From Ostrea edulis (Eukaryota): a stretch of 64,000 bases of DNA. A program made the position numbers and the translations under genes. Within the stretch, counting starts at the first letter, position 1, and each line of letters starts with the position of its first letter. This document shows positions 55,409 through 64,000 of the stretch, in pieces. The stretch spans positions 14,322,001 through 14,386,000 of the forward strand of contig NC_079165.1 in assembly GCF_947568905.1 (NCBI RefSeq). Reading direction: 5' to 3'. The notes under the pieces were generated by a model that worked only from the letters and a program-made list of their open reading frames with translations, had not been told where the DNA came from and made no database searches.

Positions 55409-55459
<51 letters not shown>

Positions 55460-56084
55460 GGCAATAGAGGGTACCCAATTTAAAGAGCATAATAATTTTA
55501 AATCATGCTTCCTCAATTTTGCATGTTAAATAAATAGAAATTGACAGCTCCCCGCGCTGGGTATATAAATAGGTTAATATTGATGTCTATCGACGCCTAT
55601 ATCGCTCAGGTACGACTTGTACACGCATCTTTCAATTGTTAAAATACACGAATCATGGATAAAGTTTTGGAGTTTTTTTTTAGAATGCCTCGAATAGAGA
55701 GGCGGATCAGAGAAATGGTTATACTAATTAGTGCTTACCTCTGTTACCGCCAAACTCCCTCATTAGTATGTAACTGGGCCGGACCGAGTATACGTCTCCT
55801 TTCTTGACAAACACATCCCGTATCGTCTCACCCCCATTGACCACCACTGTGTAACTCCTGCCAGTATAAAACCCGAATATATCCCCAAACTGTTTACGAT
55901 ACTCTCGGAATTGTTGGAACATTTTCTGTGGGTTATTTAGGACTCCTAGTAGGGGCAGTCCCTTGGGACCCGGGGGGAGGTCTTTGCGGGTTTGACTGCG
56001 CCTCCATAAGAAGAGCAGAAAAATAACCAGGAGTTTGACTAACAGCAAAATAGTGAATGTTACAATCCCTTCTGAGAACGGCAT
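45814..56084 (-). CDS. Cytochrome P450, clan 2 (CYP2-like), 493 aa, 4 exons, apparently intact
   Basis: Exons 56084-55739, 48220-47702, 47347-46910, 45992-45814; GT-AG, all phase 1, total 1482 nt. Motifs: N-terminal anchor, PPGP, WKEQR (WxxxR), LRDFGVGK, AGTDTT, EVLR (ExxR), FDPGRF, FSIGRRVCPG (heme Cys). Confidence 0.95.
46137..46725. mobile_element. MITE-like element with palindromic AATTGATGCGCGCATCAATT-type subrepeats
   Basis: AGCGCCAA / TTGGCGCT short inverted ends and many internal GCGCGC and GAGAGCAA subrepeats, in P450 intron 3. Confidence 0.55.
48379..50907. mobile_element. 2.5-kb non-autonomous DNA transposon with arrays of GTTGG(G/C)CCAAC subterminal repeats
   Basis: ~28-bp TIRs CCCAGATAGCA(T/A)GAC(T/A)ACGT(T/C)GGGCCAAC at both ends, multiple GTTGGCCCAAC/GTTGGGCCAAC motifs near both ends, and no recognisable transposase ORF. 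Confidence 0.8.
50916..55414 (+). mobile_element. Ty3/Gypsy-derived LTR retrotransposon encoding only Gag and protease
   Basis: 216-bp LTRs at 50916-51131 and 55199-55414 (2 mismatches seen), PBS TGGCGCCCAAC at 51133, and a purine-rich tract before 55199. Gag and PR motifs are present; no RT, RNase H or integrase motifs were seen. Confidence 0.92.
52194..54107 (+). CDS. Gypsy Gag (capsid-like region, CCHC knuckle) plus N-terminal half of the aspartic protease
   Basis: YDGNSSWKSFLHKF...W...SLEGTASDYY capsid-type motif; CYKCGAMGHFKREC (53121-53162); AVVDTG (DTG at 53928). The true Gag start is probably ~51375, broken by frameshifts. A TAG at 54105 interrupts the protease, which continues in frame (LIGIDFL) to 55040. 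Confidence 0.85.
   Translation: MPYPTMMTPYQQQGPFTYPGTTACGLGDERGSVVHIQPQLGEPERHAPFSGHSAQGLAPASRTTYQVPQYSCRGEQSMGFSRNAPQYKDLRYDGNSSWKSFLHKFIRLDRSQQWTEMEQHDQFCFSLEGTASDYYTLLMETDRGLSLADIIGRFEKRFGSSAPGFTHQLNFQSASQDVGESLRPWADRMLTLATQAFLSVPDFHVYAIPRLCFDAEDRDAGLYVLDGQPKTVEEAVDRMHYYQHSRQMKSSKPMRDVRQVAQVEAPNPDKEIKEMRQRLEEMEKELRGRTPSPRRPSSPPLSGNRKSVGCYKCGAMGHFKRECPELKGKTEANQGQGTKVKLRGGQDAQPCSSEPRGRGAKTRQSQSSGGPTQREVRVLTPERSPVRPRPCDARTGTSRFAGHRQAPSCMRRSRKGTLQVRFKEASEEEEESDDWVIGWEEDKYEPSPKDMLSGFRLPEDIVVPELPRFGAENRGDGEEFPEDSEDLPDQEPSLIQEEQVDADPASEPSKCPEPVRAQVQPKEECGLGMVSGQAENGTADMLFRHAGESHEDSPVPIGQMRPTTGFMVQMVVRLQAVVDTGAKGSVLSTRVYEELNPKPPIKQHMTLVQAGENPRMRGFIIGPVAVRLGDTEHNVDL
55413..55456. repeat. (TA)n microsatellite
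   Basis: Pure TA run right of the 3' LTR. Another (TA)n is at ~18296-18327. Confidence 0.95.
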
Positions 56085-56119
56085 CTTTGTAATGTTTGTT
56101 GACGGGACAAATTGTCCCC

Positions 56120-56128
56120 TATATATAG
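56120..56128 (-). promoter_or_regulatory. Candidate TATA box of the P450 gene
   Basis: TATATATAG about 36-44 nt upstream of the ATG at 56084; position is plausible but no TSS data are available. Confidence 0.4.
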
Positions 56129-56452
56129 CGATAGGTGTTTTTCGTTACGCATATCTAGGTACGAGGTGATTCTCCGTTTTACTAAATAAGGAAGTATTTT
56201 GATTTTGTTTAAAACTACGATGTCCTGTTACGGTCACAAATTTGCTACACGAATTGTGATTTAAAACGAGACTGAAAACACGAGTACAGAGCTTTCAAGA
56301 GAAGGTCAAGAAAAGGTCAAGAAGGATATCTACTATAATTGCGTCTATTTGTTTTTGATTTGTTGAGATAGACATGATAAAACTCGTAGATATAAAGGTG
56401 TACAGAATGTTCAGGTTACTACATGTAACAACACAAATCTGGGGTGGTTGAT

Positions 56453-56774
56453 CAGGGCCGTAAATTAACCTTCAATTTGGAGGAGGCAGGAAATTAGGCG
56501 GGGGTCTGGGGGCCGCCCAGGCCCCCAGACGCTAAGCACATTTTGTGCACACTGAACACGTTTCGTGCAAAATCCTTGATTCTAGGGCCTTCTAAGATGT
56601 TACTTGACTAACTCATTCTAAAAGAAAGATTTGGAATGCTTTTTAAGGGAGGTATCATGTTCTTAGTTATTGGAAACAACATAAATTCTAATGAACTTTA
56701 AATTTTAATTTTTTTTGGCTCAAAAGTTGGAGGAGGCAGCTGCCTCCTCCGCCTCCATGTAATTTACGGCCCTG
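56453..56774. mobile_element. hAT-like MITE with 5-bp TSD
   Basis: TIRs CAGGGCCGTAAATTA / TAATTTACGGCCCTG, flanked by TTGAT on both sides. Confidence 0.85.
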
Positions 56775-57742
56775 TTGATACAGTATAGAGAATGAAATAT
56801 CGATAAACTTGTGACATTTTACGCGGAAATATGACATTCACGGGGGGTTTTTTTCGGACTGTTTTCTGAAAATGCTGAAGTGTAGTATTTGTGTAGGTTG
56901 TTGCTTTTGTGTTATTTATTATGTACATATATTGTTACTATTCCGCATGTACATGTAGATCTACCATTAATGGTTTGAGAGAATAAACTGAACTGTTAGT
57001 CAAAACTGCAAGAATCTGTATGTTCTTGTGGATGATTAAATAAAACGAGGAAACCAGCCCTAACATAATACATCGACCTTTTAATGAATTATATCGTTTT
57101 CACTGTATCGCTTCTCTGTTTCTACATCGTGCGTTTTGAATAAAACTGCGAAGGAACTATTCCCCGGTGATCCGTACAGTACACCATACTTGTCTATAGT
57201 CTATTTTAAAAGTGACTGCATGACTAAATTTAGCATTACCATACAAAGCTTGGGAACTATAGATAATGCAACATGCGACCAAATATGGAGCGCCAGGTAT
57301 CGATCAAATGGGACAGTACATAACTCCCATATACAGGTATCTGTACACACAACTGTAAACAGGTCGCTCAGAATTCATTTAATTCAAGTTCATGGCAAAA
57401 AGAAACGTTCACTGTCGTTCCTCTATCTTGCACTCGTGTACTGGACTACAAAGCGAGGTCAAACAGATTGATCAGATCTTTGATCCGCTCCGTTATTGTT
57501 ATGTCGCTACACAAAATATAGCGACATAACAACTAATAACGCCCGGAGCGGATCAAAGATCTGATTTTAACCAGATTGATCGAGAGGTCAGCTCAGGAAA
57601 ATAGCAGCAGGAGGCATGAAAATACATGATGTTTCTGTCAACAGACACTTCTAGGTTGATGCAGTACATGGCACAGTATATCTAGTCTGACTGTCAGCAT
57701 GGATCGCTTTTGTTGCACTATAGCGGCAATATGACGTGTTTC

Positions 57743-58363
57743 CAGTGGCGGATTTAAGGGGGGGGGGGAGGCGGTTTCCAGTGGCGGATATAAGGGGGCG
57801 CAGCCGGCGCCCCCCCCCCCCCCTAAAATTGTCAAATATATGGTAAATTGTGGTCTTTTGTTCAGAAAAATGTAAACGATAGAAGAAGCTATCATTTCTT
57901 CCACTCTCGGAAAAATAAATGACAAAATATTTCTATTATTGAATAACTTTTATTAGGAGAACTTACATTTTCCCCCAAAACCCTTAAAATTTGCGTCATT
58001 TTATTAATTTCACCTTACCAAAAATGACAGAAAATAGTAAAAAATGACCTCACACGAGACATATTTCTAGCCCTATTAAAATCTGTAAAATCCAAGAGCT
58101 TCCGGGGGCTTCGCCTCCTGAGTCCCCACCAAGGCTTCGCCCTGGACCCACTGGCGGGCCTCAAGACGGCACCCCAGACCCCTAATCCGAAATTCGTCTG
58201 ACTCTTACCCCTGCTTTTATATTGTGATATTGTGACATGTGCGGACATGTCACAATATAAAAGCGGGGATAAGAGTCAGAGGAATCTCGGACTTACCAGA
58301 CCCCCTGCCTCAAAAAGTTGCGCCCCCCCCCCCCCCCCACCGCATTTCCTTGATCCGCCCCTG
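57743..58363. mobile_element. hAT-like MITE with 5-bp TSD, a duplicated left end and a nested hairpin
   Basis: CAGTGGCGGAT at 57743 and 57779, each preceded by GTTTC; ATCCGCCCCTG ends at 58363 followed by GTTTC. A nested inverted repeat lies at 58198-58279. Confidence 0.8.
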
Positions 58364-59052
58364 GTTTCTGGAGATAGAATATTCCTTAGTTACAATTATC
58401 ATAGATTAAACGATTGTATCTTTATCTATCATGATGTACAATTATTACACGGAATGACATCTATATAGTCCTGAAATCTTGAATATCCTTGATATGTATG
58501 TGGTCTGTTTGATATGAATAATACATTTTAAAATTTAAAAATCCGATTCTAATTTCAATACTCCAAATATCTCTCAGTGAAATACATTAAGCCCACTTCA
58601 ACTAAATCAAACACCAACAATGTGACCAACCCAATATATTTTGTAAAGGCGTTTGTAAAATTAAAATCGTACCTATATTTTATATCTACACGTATATACA
58701 TGCACGTGCAGTACACTGTAACTGCGTGTATGGTGCAATTCAAATCCCGAGAACTTCGAAGTTCTGGGACATGCGGGGTATAGTATTTTTCTATCAAGTC
58801 CGGTGTATAGTATTCTACAAAATATAATACATGAATGATCTACAAGATGAAATGTTTTTCTGACTGGCAGTTACTCCGTACTTATTACACTTTCGTAATG
58901 ATTGTCCAAGGCGCGCGCTTATGAGATTACGCTGACATACATACAATGTTGACTTGACCTAGTTCTGGAGCTGACCAAAACAACAAAGCGCAAGGGAAAG
59001 CGTAAATGACCACGCGTTAAATGACCACTGTTATACTTACTTAAAAACTGTA

Positions 59053-60424
59053 ATGTGGAAGGAGATCAGCGAGCGACAGTGGTGGCGCCTGTGGCCGTAT
59101 CTTGCCGTGGGGGATACGTTGGTGGGAGTGGTCATTTTACCCAATTTTGTTGCAAGTTACTGGATGGGCACATGGCTAATCTATGATTTCTACCTGTTTC
59201 CCAAAGACCTCGCCCTCTCTGCTTGGGTGTGTTACGGTCTAGGAAGTGCATTGGTGATCTGCTCCATTCTGTGTCAACAGATACTCCGGACATGGTTGAT
59301 TCCAGGGGACGGAGAGTGCACGTGGAAGTTTGTGATAGCGGTGCATGTTTATAAATACGTCATGGCTCTAATCGGTGTCATGCAGTGGCGCGGATTGGCA
59401 TATGTTACCGTTCTGTATACGGGAATGACACTGACTAGCGCCGTGGTGGGGTTAGTAGGGGCCACCGTCCTCCTGGCCCTGCTCAGGAACCACCTAGGCA
59501 TTCTAACCCCTCCTCTCACCATGGCATTAGACCCAGATGTTATGGATTCATTCTCAATTCCGACCAAGTTTTCTTGTGAGGTAGGTACATATATATTTAC
59601 ATGCCTTTTCAAAACATAATGCCTGAAATGAAGATTTGAATAACTCCAATTTTCTACCCAATTTGTTTAAACTCCAAAATCTGAAGCAATTAGTATATGA
59701 TGTCGCATGTTGAAGAAATCATGTACCCGGCTGGAAATGTTGTCATTTCAACCTTCAATTTTCACGACTTTGCAATATTACATACATGCACAGGACCTAA
59801 GCCCGTTTTGGGCCCGAACTCTGTGATACCATCAATATAGAGTTCGGGTCCAAAACGGGCTTAGCCCCTGTGCATACATGTATTGCATATAGTTGCAGGA
59901 CTGTACACATAGCTCATTAGGATAAATGAGAAAACTGGACCAATATTTTCTAACCCATAGAGCTTTGGTACTGTAGCTCACATCACATTTTAAAGTTCAG
60001 TTTCATTTGGATCCATGCAATATTGTTCATTAAGATAGTGTACATTTTTGGGGATCCATGAGATAGTGTACATTTGTGGGGGATCCATACGATAGTGTAC
60101 ATTTTTGGGGATCCATGAGATAGTGTACATTTTTTGGGATCCATACGATAGTGTACATTTTTGGGGATCCATAAGATTAGTGTACATTTTTGGGATCCAT
60201 ACAATAGTGTATATTTTTGGGATCCATGCAATAGTGTACGGTTTTTTGGGGGGATCCATACGATAGTGTACATTTTTAGAATCCATACGATAAGGTACAT
60301 TTTTGGGATCCATACGATATTGTACATTTTTGGGATCCATGCAATAGTGTACGTTTTTAAGCTCACCTGAACTGAAGGTTCAAGTGAGCTTTTCTGATCA
60401 CATTTTGTCCGGCGTCCGTCTGTC

Positions 60425-60463
<39 letters not shown>

Positions 60464-61270
60464 ATGAACCACTGGGCCAATTTCAACCAAACATGGCCAA
60501 AAGCATCCTTGGGTGAAGGGCTTTCAAGTTTGTTCAAATGAAGGGCCATGTCCCTTTCAAAGGGGAGATAATCACAAAAATGCAAAAATAGAGTGGGGTC
60601 ATTTAAAAATCTTCTTCTCAAGAACCACTGGGCCAGAAGAGCTGAAATTTACCTGAAAGCTTCCTGACATATTGCAAATTTAAGTTTGTTCAAATTATGG
60701 CCCCCGGTGGTAGGATGGGGCCACAAGGGGGGATCAAAGTTTTGCATACAAATATATAGGGAAAAACTTTAATTTTTTTCTCAAGAACCACTAAGCCAGA
60801 AAAGCTGAGATTTACATGAAAGCTTCCTGACATAATGCAGATTCAAGTTTGTTCAAATCATGGGCCCCTGGGGTTGGATGGGGCCACAATAGGGGATCAA
60901 AGTTTTACATACAAATATATAGGAAAAATCTTTAAAAATATTCTTCTCAAGAACCACTGAGCCAGAAAAGCTGATTTTACATGAAAACTTTCTGACATAG
61001 TGCAGATTCAAGTTTGTTCAAATCATGGCCCCCGGGGGGTAGGATGGGGTCACAAGTGGGGGGGGGGGTCAAAGTTTTACATACAAATATAGGGAAAAGC
61101 TTTAAAAATCTTCTTCTCAAGAACCATTGGGCCAAAGAAGTTGTCATTTACATGAAAGCTTTCTGACATAGTGTAGATTCAAGTTTGCAAAGGGTAGTTT
61201 GGGCCATAATAGGGACTAAGATTTTACATGCAAATATATATGGAAAGTCTTCAGATATGGGCCAAGGTGA

Positions 61271-61307
<37 letters not shown>

Positions 61308-62784
61308 GGACCCATACGATAGTGTACATTTTTAGAATCCATACGATAAGTTACATTTTTGGGATCCATACGATAGTGTACATTTTTGGGATCCATTTGA
61401 TAGTGTACATTTTTTAGGATCCATACGATAGTGTACATTTTTATAATTTATACGATAAGGTACATTTTTGGGATCCATAAGATAGTGTACATTTTTGGGA
61501 TCCATACAATAGTGTACATCTTTTAGGATCCATACGATAGTGTACATTTTTGGTATCTATACGATAGTGTACATCTTTTAGGATCCATACGATAGTGTAC
61601 ATTTTTGGGATCCATACGATAGTGTACATCTTTTAGGATCCATACGATAGTGTACATTTTTGGGGATCCATGAGATAGTGTACATTTTTTGGGATCCATA
61701 CGATAGTGTACATTTTTGGGATCCATACGATAGTGTACATCTTTTAGGATCCATACGATAGTGTACATTTTTGGGGATCCATAAGATAGTGTACATTTTT
61801 TGGGATCCATACAATAGTGTATATTTTCGGGATCCATGCAATAGTGTGCGTTTTTTGGGATCCATACGATAGTGTACATTTTTAGAATCCATACGATAGT
61901 GTACATTTTTGGGATCTATACGATAGTGTACATTTTTGGGTTCCATACGATAGTGTACATTTTTTAGGATCCATACGATAGCGTACATTTTTGGGATCCA
62001 TACAATAGTGTACATCTTTTAGGATCCATACGATAAGGTACATTTTTGGGATCCATACGAAAGTGTACATTTTTGGGATCCATACAATAGTATACATCTC
62101 TTAGGATCCATACGATAGTGTACATTTTTGGGATCCATACGATAGTGTACATTTTTGGGATCCATACGATAGTGTACATTTTTGTATTTTCAGCCTGGAC
62201 TAAGCTGGAAATTCCTCCTGGACACACTGTTTACAGTTTTTGTGATCACAACGTTTGCTGGTTTCGCCCTCAAAGGATACTGGGTACTCCTGGAAATAGC
62301 TATGCCAGTGGACGAAAACGATCCGATCGAACTGTTGGACATTGGTCTCGTTTCCTTACTGATATTCTACGGGTTGGTGTCCATTCCCATCATCGGACAA
62401 TTCGAACTCATTAAACTGAACAAAAGAGTGGAAGAAAAACATCCCTGGTTGGTAGCAATACTAGAAGAAATGTTCATAGCTATTTTAGGCATGCTTCCGA
62501 TGTTGTTTTGGCGTGCGGTGTACCTGATTCACTTAAGTTTCGTGACACCTGATTACTACAGGATCTATCTCTGGACTTCCCATGCTGTGGGATTTCTAGG
62601 TGTGTGCGTCATGCGAACCTCAGCAAGTATGATCCCAGTGGGATGCGTCTCCGACAAAGAGGCCTTCCAAAACGAGTTTGGGATTTTTGACTATCGTTAT
62701 TCGAGGATTTTTCTAGACAAGAGGAGGACCATACGTCAACAGGAGGTGGATGATAAACTGGACTTCAGTGACCTCGATACATGA
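59053..62784 (+). CDS. fusl: Fuseless-like multipass membrane protein, 372 aa, 2 exons
   Basis: Exons 59053-59580 and 62194-62784, phase 0 GT-AG. Two similar halves each begin D-TL..VV/FVI and contain W/K-x-G-x-W and W-R-G/A motifs (YWMGTW, QWRGL, LKGYW, FWRAV), with ~8 hydrophobic segments. Family assignment is from motif recall, not a search. Confidence 0.75.
59789..59872. mobile_element. 84-bp hairpin MITE with 8-bp TSD
   Basis: ~34-bp inverted arms CACAGGACCTAAGCCCGTTTTGGGCCCGAACTCT; CATACATG directly flanks both sides. Confidence 0.85.
60005..62185. repeat. ~27-bp minisatellite filling the Fuseless-like intron, split by a HINE
   Basis: Unit GGGATCCATACGATAGTGTACATTTTT with variable T/G runs, at 60005-60353 and 61307-62185. 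Confidence 0.95.
60354..61306 (+). mobile_element. Complete HINE-type element with ~166-bp HindIII-type monomers
   Basis: 5' TTTTTAAGCTCACCTGA...TCAAGTGAGCT, a GTCC/GTCT microsatellite, monomer periods of ~163-170, and a 3' TCAGGTGAGCG + GGCCCATGGGCC hairpin + TCTTGTTT. It is inserted in a T-run. Confidence 0.9.
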
Positions 62785-63235
62785 TGAAGCCAGTCTGATT
62801 TCTCACACCAGCTGCAGTTCCTGTTGAATCCGGTGATGCATAGAACTCTGAAAGGACATACATATATTATTTATCTCTCATTTTAAAAGTAACTCATAAT
62901 GACTATTTTCATGCATACTGCAGTAATAATGCGATCATAACGAAACATAGTGGCAGTGTAGATGTTATACAAAACATACAACGATTTCTTAAACCTCCAG
63001 TTTTATTTTTAACATTTCGATGATTTTTAAAAAGAATCTGTATCATTTCATCGGACATGACCATGATGATTTCCAGACTGATGATTTCAAGTTTTGTCGT
63101 CCTTCTGATCAATTACTCATACCGATAATTACAAGAAAATAGTAGGTGTGATTAAGTTCCCATGGCTTTAATAGTAACTGTATTTTCTTTATAATCTCCT
63201 AAGGGAGGAAATAAAGTATGAAGGAATGAATGAAA

Positions 63236-63495
63236 GGGGTAGGCTGACGATGGACTAGTTACCGCGGGGTTAGGCTGACGATAGAATAATTACCGCGGGG
63301 TTAGGTTGTAATGGACCATACACCGCGGGGTTAGGCTGGTAATGGATCATACACCGCGGGGTTAGCTGGTAATGGAATAATTACCGCTGGGTTAGGCTGG
63401 TAATTGACCATTCATCGTGGGGTTAGGCTGGTAATGGACCATACACCGCGGAGTTAGGCTGATAATGGACCATACACCACGGGGTTAGGCTGGCA
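63236..63495. repeat. ~31-bp G-rich minisatellite, ~9 copies
   Basis: Unit CGCGGGGTTAGGCTGGTAATGGACCATACAC. Confidence 0.92.
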
Positions 63496-63776
63496 ATTGA
63501 AACGTGCGAATTCTAGTGTTTACAATTGCTATTGTGTGTTTTGGTCTTAGTGGTATAAGCTACATTTAAATTGCCTTACGGCAATATTGTACATGCATTA
63601 CAGTACTTTGACTCACAATGGCACTATTGTACAGTGCGTGATTAACTTGCACTCCGTATAAATGGTATAATACATGTATCTAGAGGTTTCCATAAAATAT
63701 TGCTGTTTGGGATTTGAAACCTGTAGTGGACTACAATTTTCAATTGCGTAAACTTATTACTATAACCAGAGAGGAA

Positions 63777-64000
63777 TGTAGCGGTCAGACGGGTTCAGTC
63801 GCCGGTGGTCATAGAGGTCAGTTGGTAGAGCACCTGACTGGAGATTTAGGGGGTCCCGAGTTCGAATCCCGGTCTGGTATGTTGCATTTGCTCCCTTCCT
63901 GTTACATTTGATGCCGTGACTAGCCTCTGGAACCGACAGGTAAAACGTCATTCAAGTGTGAAGAGATTTAAGGAGGGAGAAATATATATAGCAGGTCAGC
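63777..64000 (+). mobile_element. TRIM-like element whose terminal repeat contains a tRNA-like segment (runs off the window end)
   Basis: TGTAGC...GTTACA (63777-63906) contains A-box-like TCAGTTGGTAGAGC and B-box GTTCGAATC. It is followed by PBS-like TGATGCCGTGACT (63909), the purine tract AAGGAGGGAGAAA (63970-63982), and TATAGCAGGTCAGC resembling the repeat start. Confidence 0.55.

Noticed and set aside
59983-62227. Many repetitive ORFs (MYTIVWIPK..., MDPKNVHYR...)
   Set aside because: They are translations of the 27-bp intronic minisatellite, open in several frames on both strands.
63812-63880. tRNA gene
   Set aside because: A and B boxes are present, but the acceptor and D stems do not close and it sits in a repeat; treated as tRNA-derived. 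The same applies to the minus-strand tRNA-like piece at ~42745-42805.

Overview
AT-rich, intron-containing eukaryotic genomic DNA with a repeat complement typical of a bivalve mollusc, probably an oyster (inferred from Naiad retroelements, Helentron-type elements carrying ~166-bp HindIII-like monomers, and short-chain-collagen-C4-type genes). Five spliced protein-coding genes could be assembled by eye from GT-AG sites with matching phases: (1) a 258-aa secreted Cys-rich 'short-chain collagen C4-like' protein (8876-11779, +); (2) a small P/G/Q/N-rich disordered protein (19543-23164, -; N-terminus uncertain); (3) a 347-aa type I membrane protein with LDLa, two EGF-like modules, a TM helix and two PPxY motifs (35631-39616, +); (4) an intact 493-aa clan-2 cytochrome P450 (45814-56084, -); (5) a 372-aa Fuseless-like multipass membrane protein (59053-62784, +). 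The rest is transposons and tandem repeats: a decayed Naiad (Penelope-like) RT copy plus about ten 3'-end remnants, a Harbinger transposase pseudogene, RTE/RTEX LINE fragments, six HINE-type elements, many MITEs and minisatellites. The most unusual items are a young Gypsy-derived LTR element encoding only Gag and protease, with TG...TA ends in a (TA)n tract inside the P450 intron; a TRIM-like element at the window end whose terminal repeat contains tRNA-like Pol III boxes; and a structured Naiad 3' RNA motif. There are no prokaryotic features, CRISPR arrays, rRNA or bona fide tRNA genes. All coordinates were read manually and no database searches were run.
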